Assembly: GCF_006345805.1 (NCBI RefSeq)
Contig: NC_043023.1
Span: forward strand, 13,454,001 to 13,518,000
Length of the DNA stretch: 64,000 bases
Reading direction: 5' to 3'
DNA from: Octopus sinensis
Lineage: Eukaryota
Both the position numbers and the translations under genes were made by a program. The notes under the pieces are model-generated. The model did no database searches, was not told the DNA's origin, and worked only from the letters and a program-made list of their open reading frames with translations. Of this stretch, positions 1 through 13,750 are shown piece by piece; the first letter of the stretch is position 1; every line of letters starts with the position of its first letter.

Positions 1-325
1 TTATATATCAAGGAAGTGCCCCAGCATGGCACCGACTATTTTGCGAAGGAATCATTGAAAGAAAAAGTTTGATTGAAAGATGTTGGAAAAAAGGGGTAGA
101 TAGGGGCAAAACTGAAATTTACATAAAAGACATTAGACATGTCAAAGATTTTCAAGAAAAAACCCCCAAAATCATAAGATAGTTTTCCATGATTTTTACC
201 TCCTACTTCGGTCAATTTTGGAGCGGCCCTTTTTTACTATATTTTTTCCTATATATTTATATCAATATATATATATCAAAGGAATGTTCTAGAATGGCTA
301 CAGTTCAATGACTAAAACAAAGGAT

Positions 326-336
326 AAAAATATATT

Positions 337-369
<33 letters not shown>

Positions 370-650
370 CCAAATCGAGGGTAAAATCCAGACTACATAT
401 GTTTCTTAACTAGCAGATCCTCTTATACAATTACTCAGCTAGCTATTCATCAGGCCAAACATACCTTCATTATATAAAGGTGCTTCAGCTTATCAAACTT
501 CAGTATGAGAAAGGCCTATGACCATCACCAATAAACCATTATTATTCCTGAACACTGATTTCTTTTACACCTGCCACGGACTGCTCAAAGCTTACTAACT
601 TCCTACAATTAGATAATTGGATATTATAATTACAAAAATATATTTGTACA

Positions 651-683
<33 letters not shown>

Positions 684-730
684 CCAAATTGAGGGTAAAA
701 TCCAGACTACATATGTTTCTTAACTAGCAG
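326..730. repeat. ~95-bp direct repeat pair (326-416 and 634-730) just upstream of the ZNF ORF
   Basis: Both copies read aaaaatatatttgtaca-(TA)n-tccaaat(c/t)gagggtaaaatccagactacatatgtttcttaactagcag. Confidence 0.9.
391..456 (-). ncRNA. Type I hammerhead ribozyme-like motif (non-canonical A/A at the base of stem II)
   Basis: Minus strand reads ggc CUGAUGA a uagcuagc..gcuaguua a GAAAC auau GUA guc. Stem I is 3 bp, stem II is 8 bp, and stem III is the palindrome ACAUAUGU. Confidence 0.55.
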
Positions 731-750
731 AATATATATTATATATTGAA

Positions 751-3700
751 ATGGATTCCCTGTCTATGAGTGCAGTATCTGGTATTGAAGGCGCTAACGA
801 TGCCACTGTTTCTTCGAAGGTGCGTCAGTTCAAATGCCAGTACTGCAGCAAAGACTTCGATCGGTACAGCCATCTAGCCAGGCATTTGAAGATTCACTCC
901 GGTCTCCGGCCGTTTGAGTGCAAGTACTGCCACAAGTCGTTCTCCCGGTCGGACAACCTTATCAAGCACGTCCGAATTCACACCGGGGACAAGCGCTACG
1001 GCTGCGAATTCTGCCTGAAGCGCTTCACCGATTCGAGCAACCTCAGCAAGCACATGCGCACGCACGCGGGCACACGGCGCTACACGTGCACGCTCTGCTC
1101 GAAGACGTTTCGCAAGTCGGACACCCTCCGGCGCCACCTTTTGACCCATGGTGTGTCCGACGGAAATGGCAGCGCCGTTGCCGCCGACGATGGCAATGGT
1201 GGTAGTGGTAGTGGTGGTGGTGGTGGTGGCAGCAGTACTGATAACGGAAGTGGTGAAGTTGCACTCCGTGACAATCTCTCCGTGGGTGGTCACGACCGTC
1301 GTGGAAGCAGCATGGATGCCAGTGGCGACACGGCGTCGTTGCTGTCCCTGAGCGACGCAGCTGCAGCCGCTGCTGATGTGCAGAGGCGACTCCAGATGCA
1401 AAACATCCTCCACATTATCAATAAAGAGAGGTCATTTCCGACCATGACCACCTCCACAGTCACCGCCACCACCACCGCGACAACAGCAGATGTGTCGAAT
1501 CTGCAAGGCGCGCAGTTGCAGTCACAACTGCAGACGCACCCTCGGTCACGGCTGCCGTCGGTTAGTAAGTCAGAGGCAAAAGCAAGGGGGACTCTCGGCG
1601 CAATTGGTGAACCCTCAAATGAGGCGCGATTGCTAGGACCAGATGCAGGAGCCACTGCAACCAAGTCTTCGTATACAGGGAATCTTTTGCAATGGTCCGA
1701 CGGAGAAGAGGAGGAGATCGTAAAGGCCCCACCTAAGAACACAACGGCCATAGCAACGGATGTCTTCAGCAGAACCGATCACATCATAAGACAACTGTCG
1801 CAAACCAATGAAAACATCCAGGTGTACAATAGTAATAACACTAGTAGTAGTAGTAGTAGTAAAATTAGTAAGATGAAGTTAAAACAAAACAGAATGAAAT
1901 CAGTGAACCATGTCGGTTTTGATTTTGATCAACTACTTTCATATTCTGCGAATGCCGCCACGCTGTTACCCAATCCAGTCGGCCGGAAAGCTTCTGCTTC
2001 GTCAAGGTCCACCGCAGGTCATTCCGTCGACAGATTCCATCATGTGAACAGTTTAGGCAGGGCCCGTAACCGTTTTCCGATAACGTTCCAGTGCAGTTAC
2101 TGCGGCATGCAGTTTTTCTCCAGAACCTCGTTGGAGATGCACGTAAAGGGACACGTAGATGACTGTGCAGAAGAAGGGAAGGACGTGGCCCCGTTCCGCA
2201 TAAAGAATGAATACGATGACGATAAACTGGGACAAGTTAACCATATAAATACACTGCTGGGAAACATTAGCGAGGATGTGTCAAAGATCCATGTGAAGAG
2301 GCGGCTGTTGGAAAATCATGGTAGTATGGATTTATTCCAAACATCAAGGGTCGGCGGAGCAACAAGCTTCAAAGACCTCCACGTAGGGTCAGCAGGCCCT
2401 CCGTATGAGTGCCTCTATTGCAAGGCAGCGTTTCCAAGGGCTTTAGCGTTGGCTGATCACCTGAAATGTCACATCCGACGGCGGCTCGAGTGTAAGAACT
2501 GTGGAGAGTCCTTCAGCTCCAGTGTCCGGCTGTCGAAGCATCGGAGACAATGTCCGGCTCAAGATCGGAACCAGAGATCAAACCGAAGCAAGAATAGGAC
2601 TGATCTCGTGCAGCAGAGATTGGTCTCCGCGAGACTTGTTGGCGGCCAACCGCAGTTTGACCATCACACGATGGCACAAGATGACCAGGGACTAAATCCC
2701 GATCGTCGTTTTCAGTTGTCGGCAGGAGACCCTGTTTCCTCGGTGGTGGTCGTAAATCCATCGGCGCCAAAATTGAAACAGGAGATAATACTGTCTGATA
2801 GCGAGATGGAGGACGATGACACAGAGGATGATAAGAAAGAGGACAGCATCAAAGACCCAGGGAATTCAATGTTGCTGCAGCATGGTCTGAATGTTTTGGA
2901 TGGCATTGGATTAAGTACGGAGGATTTAACAGGGTTGTCACAAAATGGTGAGCGAGAAGCTTTTGATGCCCTCGGCATGGTGAAGAAGAAAAGACGGCAA
3001 GGAAATGATTTTGGTTCATCTCTCCGCAACACTGCTTGCAAGGAAAAAGAAACACAAGGACAGCAAGAACAAGAAGAAACAGGGAAATTAATGGCAATTA
3101 GTGGTAACGAGTCTACTGTTGAAGTTGATGCAATTGTCGCCAAAATCCTGAGCAAAATCGGTCAAGTATCAGAGTGTGATTTCCGACGGGTTATCAAACA
3201 AGAAGTGAAAGAAACCGGAAACTGTCGAGACCGAAAAGGAAAAGAAGTGGCAGTTGGTGGTATATCTACCAGTAGATCCTTCCAGAATTTGATGTCTGTT
3301 GATCAGATTTCTTTAAATAAATCCAAAATCTTTGCTAGAAACACTACGGTTCTTACTGATGATAATGATGATGATGTTGGTCCTAGTATGGTCGATCGGT
3401 ATAGCTCTGTTGCAGTGCCCCAGGGTGTTGTTTTGAAGACAGAGACGGGGGAGACGTTAGTTTCTGTGGTAGATGACGGCGGTGATGATAGCCAAGTGAC
3501 AGGGTTTGGGTCTGTGAGCCATATGGAAGTTTCCAATAGGGCCTCACCCACTGATGATGAAAATTTTAGTTCGACACCGCAGAAGCAGACTTCGATGTCG
3601 GTGTCGGGGCCTTCAACACCATCGGCAGAAACACCGACGCCACCTGTTTCCCGTGTTGCCACGGATTCAAAAGTGAAAGTAAAAGTGAAGAAGGAAGCGT

Positions 3701-6700
3701 CGGTGCCACCATGCGATCGCTCGGTGCGCCACGACGACTCGATACGAATTCCTCCGTCGCGCGTCCACACTGCGCCATCGAAAGATCTCGGCAAGGGAGA
3801 CAGCTCGGGTGTTGGTCCCTTGACAAAAGCATCAAGTGACAAAGAGACCCTGGATGTTGAAATTGTTAACACCGAAACTGGGACCACAACTGCTGCTTCC
3901 ACCACTATTACTACTACTACTACTACTACTACTCCTACCACCACTACTACTACTAAATATGATGATCATGATAATAACAGCTACCAGAGCACAAGTAGTT
4001 GTAATAGTAGCAGTAATAACAGCTGTAGTAGCACTACAACTACTGTTGTTACCACTAGTAGCAGTAGAGGCAGTACCGCTGCTACGCACACTTCATCCAC
4101 AACTGCTTCCGCTGCCATCTCTACTGCTACCTCCGCTGCATTTAATACTACTTCTGCTGCTGCTGTAGATTCTACTTCTCCTGTGATTTCTGCTTCTGCT
4201 ACATCTACTACTACTACTACTACTACTGCTAGTTTTTCCGCTGCAAATTTGACCAGTTCCGCTGCAAATTTGACCAGTTCCGCTGCAAGTTTGACCAGTT
4301 CCGCTGCAAATTTGGCCAGTTCCACTGCAAATTTGACCAGTTCCGCTGCAAGTTTGACCGGTTCCGCTGCAAATTTGACCAGTTCCGCTGCAAGTTTGAC
4401 CAGTTCCGCTGCAAATTTGACTAGTTCCGCTGCAGCTAATGACAAGAAAGATGGAAGTGTAAGAAGCAATGGAAATATCAAAGAATTTTCCTGTAAGTAT
4501 TGCAGGGAATCGGCGTCTTCATTGCCAGTTTCGTTCTCCTCGGCCCTCGACCTCACGCAGCATCTCCGCTGGTGCCACCTGGTGCATGCCTGCTCGGTGT
4601 GCTGGAAGAATTTCTCCAAGTCGACGCAGCTGAACCGACACCTGAAGATCCATGCGGGCATCAAGCCGTTCCGATGCGCGTACTGCGACCGCGCATTCTC
4701 CCGCTCGGACAACCTCGTCAAGCACGTGCGCATCCACACGGGCGACAAGCGCTATTCGTGCAGCATCTGCACGAAGCGCTTCACCGATTCCAGCAACCTC
4801 ACCAAACACCTGCGGACGCACGCGCGCGCAGCAGCAGCGACAGCAACAGCTGCTTCCGGTGGTGCAACTGCACCCAGTAAGAGCAACAGTAGCAGGAGTG
4901 GTAACCATAGCAACAGTAACCACAGCTTTCCGCCGCCGCACACGTCCACTGGAAGCAGTGAAAGAGACGATGACGATGACAGCAGAGGAGATGATGACAA
5001 TAGCTACGAAAGCCGCTGCTTCCTATCACGGCAGCAACAGCAAAACCCGGAGCTACGGGAGAGCGGGTCACCATTGCTGCCCCCATCTACAGAGTTGTCT
5101 CCCTTTCGGTGCATGCTCTGCTCAAAGCCTTTCGACAACTCCATCGCGCTGCATCGCCATTTACTCACACATGCTAAACTCGGCCAGTCTCCCCCGCAAT
5201 TGAAGACACTACTTCTGTCAGAAACAACATCCCCATCACCACCACCATCACCTCAACAACATCTTCCTTTGCTACCTTATTCGGTGCCGTCCTCATCAGC
5301 AACAGATTTAAGAAGCATTTCTGCTGCTGTAGCTAGGGCTGCCGTTGGTACTACTAATATTAATACTACTACTACTACTAGTACTACTACTACTACTGCC
5401 TTTTCTGTGATACCACAATCACCGCCGCAATCGTCATCATCATTGTTATCACTTTCATTGCAGTCCATGTCATCATCTGCTAAGAACGCCACCTCAGCTC
5501 TGAAGAAGACATTTGGTTCTGGGCCCACTGCCCTGTTGCAACGCTTCAAAAAACAGCTGCGAGACAAGTTGTATCGGTGCCACCAATGTGGGAAGGTATT
5601 TCTCGATGAGTCCACCCTTGCCAACCACATCTACCGGTTCCATATAACCACCATCACTGCCGCCTCGCTGACAGTAAAAGACGACGGAGAGGAAAATGAT
5701 GAAGAGATGGAGGAGGAGGAGATGAAAGAGGAGGAAGACGTGGGCGAGGACGAACAGACTGGCTTGTCGGAACATGGTCAAACTGCCCCAGTGGCCTCTC
5801 AGCAGAACATGCGTTCACCAGTGTCCGTTTCCAGAGGAACCAGCTCGGGGACGTTGTTCAGCAAGACAAGTGGTGCATCTTTGCTTGCCATACCTGGTGA
5901 TCCTAACTGTCGCTCCCTTTGTAATGTCAGTCCCTTTATGCTTGATTATATCAAGCAGGAAGTATTAGAAGAAGAAGAAGATGAGGATGGAAATCAAGAA
6001 GAGGAAGATGAGGCTGCTGGAAACACTACACTGACAGTTGTCGGTGGGTTCAAAGTGGAGATGGATACAGAAATGGATGATTATCTCTACAGCGGCAATA
6101 ATAACCCTAATCCGAGTGACCCCTATAATCCTCATCATCATCATCACAGTCGCCTTCATCCTTATATTAACAACAGTGATAATGATGATGATGATGATAA
6201 TGATGATGAAAATAATAGTAGTCATCAGAGCCATCAACACCAACAACATCTTCGTACACATCGTCGTCTTCATGATAGTGACCATCACCCTAGAAACCGT
6301 CTCTTTCATTGCTCCCGGTGTCAGATATTCTTTTCCGGTGTGGAGGAGCTAACGCATCACCTGAAATTACACACGACAGGTGAGATGTTCAGGTGTAAGG
6401 AGTGCGGAGAGCTCATCCAAGACCTCAACATGTTCAATGACCACCTCCTCAGAGATTGTCAAGGTAGCAGTAGCAACAACACTAACAGCTTCACTGATAC
6501 CGTTTCCCTTGGTGGCAATAAGCTGACCGGCGCCGTCGTCTCCCATGACGACGAGATGGACAGTCGCATCTCCGATGTCAACAGCTTGACCAGTGGAAAT
6601 GATTTGACCAATTCTGTGTCAAAACCCAACAGCATACTGTCCAGTACTGCCTCTGATATTGAAAACTTGACCACTGCTATCACCAACAGTGATGGCTCAA

Positions 6701-7323
6701 GTAACACCAATATTTCCCTCGGTCACCACAATTCAATTAGTTCTGTCTCCAAAACCGATATATCGTCCAGTGCTGTCTCGGAGACTGAGAGCTTGACCAA
6801 TGCTGTGACTAACACCAGTGGCTCAAGTGACTCCAATATTACTTCTGCTAGCCATAATTTGACCGAGTCTACCTCAGAAGACTCTGCAAAGTTACCATTG
6901 CAGAATCAGTTGGACGTCCAGCAGAACGAAGCAAAAGCCAGATCAAGCATCGTAGTGTCCAGTGAGCGGTCAGTATTGCTGTCATCATCGTCATCACCTT
7001 GGCATTTGCAGTTTTCATCCCCACTGCCATCAGCTTCTTCGTCGCCGAGCGCTGGGTTTGGTCCGGCCAGTTCTGGTCAAGACCCGGGCTCAGACCGGGC
7101 GGCTTCGGTTCCGTCCTTGTCTTCCCCCGGCGTTCAGGTGCAAAGACAAGCTGAGACGACGGCTGAAATACGTTGCGGACCGAATGACCTCGGGAACCGT
7201 GGAGATGATGACCTACGTACAGCAGATGGCAGCAGCTGTCTTGTCAGTGCTCCGAGGAATAATATGGTTACCACTGTTGCTAGTACCACCACCACCACCA
7301 CCATCAATGTCAACAGCTGTAGC

Positions 7324-7358
<35 letters not shown>

Positions 7359-10300
7359 AAACTACAACAGTAACAGGACAATAAATGATAACAACAACCA
7401 CAACAATTTTCAGGAATCGTCCGCCGAGAATTTTCCCAAGAAATCCTTGGTTGACCCTTTCCAAGAGAATTTGTCTTTGGCTGTGAAACAAGAATTTGTA
7501 CTGCCTGATGGTAGCGCCATGAAGCAAGAACCAAAGACGCCAGAGCCTGATGGACAACAAGTTGATGGTTATCGTACCTCCACCGCCTCTGGCTCAGTGA
7601 TGGAGCTGTTTCCGTGGAGGGGCGGAGACGGCGGTGTGCCTCTCATCCCTTCTCTCCCTGCTCGTGTATGTGAGATTCCACAGGGGAGGGGTCAGTTTGA
7701 AGCAGAAAACAGTTGTGGTTCTGTCGGGGGTATAAGTCGGGCCGATATCAAACAGGAGGTTGACATCCGAGAAGGACCCATGGTGGGAGTTGCAGAAGGC
7801 AAAGATGTCGTTGAGGATGGAAATCTTAACACTTCAGAACCATTCCAGAGGTCAGCCTCTTCTGATAACGCTGACCTCTTAGCTGGTACAGTTTCCCTGA
7901 ATGAGAATTTTGTATTTCCTTCCACTCTTGATGACGAAGAACTCAAAGACATCAACTTCAAATTTCCATCGGCCATCGATGCTGCCGAAGAACTTAAAAA
8001 TATTGACCTCAAGTTTTCCTCGGAGAATACCATTGACGAACTCAAGGACATCAACTTCAAATCCCAAGGCGTTCGTCTATCTTATGACCTGCTTAATACG
8101 ACCCGAAATTCAAAAGATGCCCACCACACTGATGTTGCAGGATTTTACAGCAATGCAGATCAGGAACCATCGAATTCTTACTACGACGGGAACGGAAACT
8201 TTCGGAAAGGAACTGCAATGGTCCCTGACAAACAACCCGAGGCCGAGAAATGCATTCAAGAATTTCTGCTTTTTGACGAGTTTGTCGAGTTTCGGAATAA
8301 GAATTATTTCTCCGGTGCCAACGGTGGCCCCGAATCGACCCTTGTTGCAGACCAGAAATGCAAAACCAACAATGTCATTTGTATTTCGGATTCAAATTCT
8401 AATTCTGCAATGTCCCTTTCTGATGATGACGGGGATGATGATGATGATGGTGATGTTCCTTTGACGTCGGATGGTCCTAACTACAGGAACAGCATGAAAA
8501 ATTTGGGGTTCACAATGACAGTGGTTCCTGCTGGGTCCACCAACACGCATCACGCTGATAACGTAATGATGAAACAGACAGAGGATCTGAAGGACGTCTT
8601 TGAGAACGTGAATGTGAAACTGGAAGATGAGGAGGAGGAGGAAATGTCTCAACCCTGCGCAAGCGATATATTGGTATCGTCCTTGCCCGAGGGAGGTTTT
8701 GAGGTTGACAACAGCAACAGCGATGTCTCTAGGGTTAACAAGTTTCCTCCGTCCCAATGGGAGTCGAACCAAAACGACAGACAGTTCCGAGATGCAATGC
8801 TCGATTTCCTCAGCTCCCTCAGTGACGAGACCCTACAACTGCTTCTGCAAAAAGGGGACAAATGGTGCGACGAGCTACTGCACCACACAGTGACCGCGGC
8901 GTGGAAGCCTGCAGCGGCGACAAACATGGATTGTCTTCCGTCCGATGTCGCCATGACTTTAAGCGCTAGGGAGAATGAAGCGGGCATCTGTGAAGATTAT
9001 GAGGACGTAGACAACCACATGTCTGTCGACGCTGCTGAAAGGAAGTCCCAGAATTTGTCGAACCAAGTGGCTGCTGACCTCATCATGGCCGACCGTCCAG
9101 ACAACACCTCATCTTATAACAATGCCCAATTCATACAACACGATGGTAACAAACAGTCGTCTCTGATGACCGCAAAAGCGACTCCTACAGGATCAATGGA
9201 CGCTGTTGACTGTAAGGAACTCAACCAGGAAAGCAGGACCTTGAAAGAAAATCTTAGCCAGCCCCTACCAAACTCTTTGTCCTTCTTGTCTTGCCTTCAA
9301 CCAGCTGAAAATAATCTGGATTTTCCGAAGCCTTTTATCAAAATCGAACCAGAATTTTCCACAGACTCTGATTGCTCAGCAATGGTGCCAATCAGTTCCA
9401 AAATTAAGACCGAAGACTTGTCCAAGTTTTCCGATGCGATATTTAACGCTGACGAGCTAGCATCCTTATTGTCTGGTAATCAACTCCCAGCCCTGAATAA
9501 TGTCAGAGAAATGCTAATTGAGAGGGACTTGTCCCTTAAGAGTAAGCGCAATTCTTCCCATTTCCTCGGTAATGTTTTCGCTGATCAATTAGATAACGAT
9601 GCTGATCGTAAGGTAACGTTTTCCGAACTTAATGACAATCACCATGAATTATTATCATCATCGTTACCCTTATCTTCATTTCCTTCCTTACCCGCTGATG
9701 AAAGCGCCTACCGTTCAAATTCTCCCTCTTCTGTGGGACAGCCGTTTCTGTTGAACACTTTGAATCTCGCTTCGTTTACCGACAAAGGTCAAACCGCAAA
9801 CGCCTCTGCCATCGACATCCTTGCACGCAACTGCGGGCTTCAGTTAGATAAACCTTCTTATGATGCTGACACGATGAAGCGTCACTGGCAACAACAACAA
9901 CAAAAGCAGCAGGATCAGCAAACCGCGACAACAACAACAACAGCTATGATGCCGACTGACCATATTGCACCTTCAACGACCACAAGCTTGATAAAGGCTC
10001 TGCAGAGGAAACAGCAGCAGCTGCCTCGCCACGGTGGTGCTCAGTCGACCGCGAAGCAATACACTTGCCCTCAGTACGACTGTCGTAAAATGTTCACCCG
10101 GCCGAGTCATCTGAAACGTCACCTGAAGGTCCACGCTGGGCTTAAGCCGTTCCCTTGCCCGCACTGTCACAAATGGTTTTCCCGGTCGGACAATCTCACG
10201 AAGCACATTCGCATCCACACGGGCGAGAAGCTCTTCTCATGCAATTTCTGCCAGAAGCGCTTCTCCGATTCAAGCAACCTCACCAAGCACGTGCGGACGC

Positions 10301-10503
10301 ACACCGGCGAAAAGCCCTACCGGTGCGTCTACTGCAGTCAGACCTTCACCGAGTCGAGGACCCTCAGTCGGCACATGCGCACCCACTCGCTGATGATGAT
10401 GATGATGATGGAGATGGATATGGATATGGTAGGAGGGGCCGGGGGAAGAGTCGGGAGGGAGGCGCAAGAGGCCGGGTACGACATCGTCATTGGGAGCAAC
10501 TGA
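751..10503 (+). CDS. Large single-exon multi-cluster C2H2 zinc-finger protein (3250 aa, ~19 fingers)
   Basis: Uninterrupted 9.75-kb ORF with canonical C-x2-C-x12-H-x3-H fingers and TGEKPY-type linkers. Finger clusters lie at ~829-1149, ~4591-4821 and ~10060-10386, with isolated fingers between low-complexity linkers. The true start could lie in an upstream exon: there is an acceptor-like ctaactagcag at 720-730 and the frame is open from there to the ATG. Confidence 0.93.
4237..4434 (+). repeat. Coding 21-bp tandem repeat, (SAANLTS) x9 plus a partial unit
   Basis: Nine in-frame units of TCCGCTGCAAATTTGACCAGT with few substitutions. Confidence 0.95.
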
Positions 10504-11156
10504 CACCTGGTGGCAGGCGGTGGCAACGGGGTGCGCATATGGGGGCACATATGTCATACAAGTGGAGTGGGGTGTGGGCATCATCAACGCCACCACCACC
10601 ACCCACTACTACACCTACCCTCACTGCCAAATCCAGTGTGGTCTCTTGTCCTGATAGAAATAGCAGCCAAATCTCCTTTGAGTCTTCATCCTATGTGAGT
10701 CCTGCGTACTCTTACAACAGACAGGGTGGGCACGGTTGGCATGCCATGTATCATGAGTCTTGTCTCCTCAATCAGAGTTTGGTTGACCCAGGGTTAAACA
10801 ACAACAAGGCCGGGTACGATATCGTCGTTGGGAGCAACTGACACCATGTGGGGGCACATATTATGTCATACAGGTGGAGTGGAGTGTGGGCGTCATCAAT
10901 GCCACCACCACCACCACCATCCACTGCTACACCTACCATCACTGCCAAATCCAGTGTGGTCTCTTGTCCTGGTAGAAATAGCAGCCAAATCTCCCTTGAG
11001 TCTCATCCTTCCATTCTTGTTTTAAAGACAAGGCACATCAAGCAATGTGAGTCGTGCGTACTCTTACAACAGATAGGGTGGGCACGGTTGGCATGCCATG
11101 CATCATAAGTCTGTCTCCTCAATCAGAGTTTGGTTGACCCAGGGCTAAACAACAAC
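10469..11156 (+). repeat. ~338-bp tandem duplication that includes the ZNF terminal codons and stop
   Basis: aggccgggtacga(c/t)atcgtc(a/g)ttgggagcaactgacacc occurs at 10469 and at 10807, each followed by homologous 3' sequence. Confidence 0.9.
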
Positions 11157-12224
11157 ATAACTTTCAGAGCTCCTATGTGGTTGCTCGGTGTGCTAAACAT
11201 AGCAGCTAAATGACCCAGGGCTAAACAACAACATAACTATCAGAGCTCCTATGTGGTTGCTCGGTGTGCTAAAGATAGCAACTAAATCTCTTTGAAATTA
11301 CACCCTACCCTCTTTAAAAAACAAAGGACACATTTGATAATGTATTCCTAGGTATACTATGCCTGAAAGAAAAGCTATACAGGGTGGTCGTGGTTGGAAA
11401 GCTTTTGGTCATAGGTCTGCTCAGTCAGTTAAACAACAGTTGAGCCAGCAAGGAGGTCTCTTTCTGTGGTTACTTGGTCTGCTAGAAATAGCAGCTAAAA
11501 CTACCTTAAGCTACACTCTCCCATTTCATGAAATAGAAGGTCATGTTTGATGATGTAGACCTAGATATCCCTAGACAAATGGTGATGGTCATAGCTGGAT
11601 TGTCTGATCAACTGGTTAGAAATAGCAGCCAAATCTCTCTCAAATTACTACTGTCTTTAGAAAAAGGAAGGTCACATTTGACAGTGTAGTCCTTGATACA
11701 TCTAGACAAATAGTGATGGTCATAATTGGATTGGCTGATCGATTCACTAGAAATTGCAGCCAAATCTCTTTTCAGTCACTACTGATTTAAAGATAAAAAG
11801 AGAAGGACACATTTGATAGTGTAGTCCTTGATATACTTAGACAAAGGGTGATGGTCATGGCAAGGTTGTCTCATTGAGTTGGTTAGAAAAAGCAGCTAAA
11901 TCTCTCTCCAACTAGTCTTTAAAATAAAAGGAAGTAAAGGACATCACCTAGATAAATGGTGATGGTCATAACTGGATTGGTTTTTGATTCTAGGTCTTAA
12001 GTGGTTCCAACCTAGGGCTAAAAAGTAATAGCAGCGAGTTCTCCTTTGGATCAATCTGCTGCCTCTCATCTATCGAAAACATTCAAATCTGAGCACGTTG
12101 AGACAATGTACTCCTAGATATACCATGGTCTGATGGTAGTAATAACCTGGATGGTCATGGACAGAAAGTCTTTTGATGATAGATCAACTTGATCAAGCTT
12201 TGACACAATAGTCAAATGAGGGAT

Positions 12225-12796
12225 CCTGTATGTGGTAATTTAATCTGCTAAAAATAGCAGCAAAATTACCTTTCAATCACTGTCTTGACCTGTATGTGGT
12301 AACTTAATCTGCTGAAAATAGCAGCCAAATTTCCCATAAATCCCTGTCTTGACCTGTATGTGGTAACTTAATATGCTAAAAATAGCAGCCAAATTTCTCA
12401 TAAATCCCTGTCTTGACCTGTATGTGGTAACTTAATCTGCTAAAAATAGCAGCCAAATTTCCCATAAATCCCTTCTTGACCTGTATGTGGTAACTTAATC
12501 TGCTAAAAATAGCAGCCAAATTTCCCATAAATCCCTGTCTTGACCTGTATGTGGTAACTTAATCTGCTGAAAATAGCAGCAAAATCGCCCTCAAATCACT
12601 CAGTCTTGGCCTGTATGTAGTAACTTATTTCTGCTAAAAATAGCAGCAAAATTTTCCTCAAATCACTGCCTCGACCTGTATGTGGTAATTTAACCTGCTA
12701 AAAATAGCAGCAAAATTTCCTTCAAATCACTATCTTGATCCGTATGTGGTCATTTAATCTGTTAAATACAGCAGCCAAATTTCCCTCAAATCACTA
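12225..12796. repeat. ~64-bp minisatellite, about 9 units
   Basis: Unit: cctgtatgtggtaacttaatctgctaaaaatagcagccaaatttcccataaatccctgtcttga. Confidence 0.9.
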
Positions 12797-12928
12797 TATA
12801 TATATATATACATACATACAACTAACCTAAATTCTGTGTGTATACACACACACAGGCACACATATATGCTTGTATATACTCATGTTTCAAGTTCTATTTA
12901 TCCTGTTTTGTACTAGAAAATAAATATG

Positions 12929-12959
<31 letters not shown>

Positions 12960-13634
12960 TATACACACCCTGTATTTATATGTATATATATTTGTATCCA
13001 TCATTTCGAAAAATTAATGCGAAGAAATTCTTCAGGACACAAATTAAAAAGATATCCCCCACCCCTGACATTTTTTCTATTGGTCAAATTTTGACTGATA
13101 AAAAAGCAAAAAAAAAACAGATCAAAAGCAAAAATTGATGAGAAAAGAATGTTTAAAAAAAACTAAAACAAAAAAAAAAAGCCAAACAAATATTTATGTA
13201 AATTTATCAATGGACTATCAGGAGACATTTTGAATAGCTATGCATATCATCCTTCATGATTAAAAAAAAAAAAAATAAACACTCATTTTTGTCATCATGG
13301 GTATACTATTATACATACCTACACACAAACACATAAATATATATATATTTAAAGACAGTCTCAAGTATGGCTAAGACATGCAAATTACAACAGTTGAGCC
13401 ACTAACACGAGTGGCACTGCCGTATTCTTTGCTGAGCCACAGGGCCGCAGGGCCACACTACTTGCACAATGGACTCTACTGAACAAATTATACTAATTCT
13501 GTCAAATTATATATTCAAAACCTTAATAAACTATTTACATAACAGCTAATTACCATATATGTTATATATACATACTTTATATTGTATGTATATATACATA
13601 TACTGTATATCGTGTGTGTGTGTATATATATATA

Positions 13635-13697
<63 letters not shown>

Positions 13698-13704
13698 TTA
13701 TATA

Positions 13705-13750
<46 letters not shown>

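Noticed and set aside
3350-9700. CTGATGA matches inside the ZNF CDS
   Set aside because: They come from Asp/Glu codon runs, with no correctly placed GAAAC/GUH or stems.
874-10602. Many antisense and alternative-frame ORFs over the ZNF gene
   Set aside because: They are shadows of GC-rich finger codons and triplet repeats, with no independent domains or splice signals.
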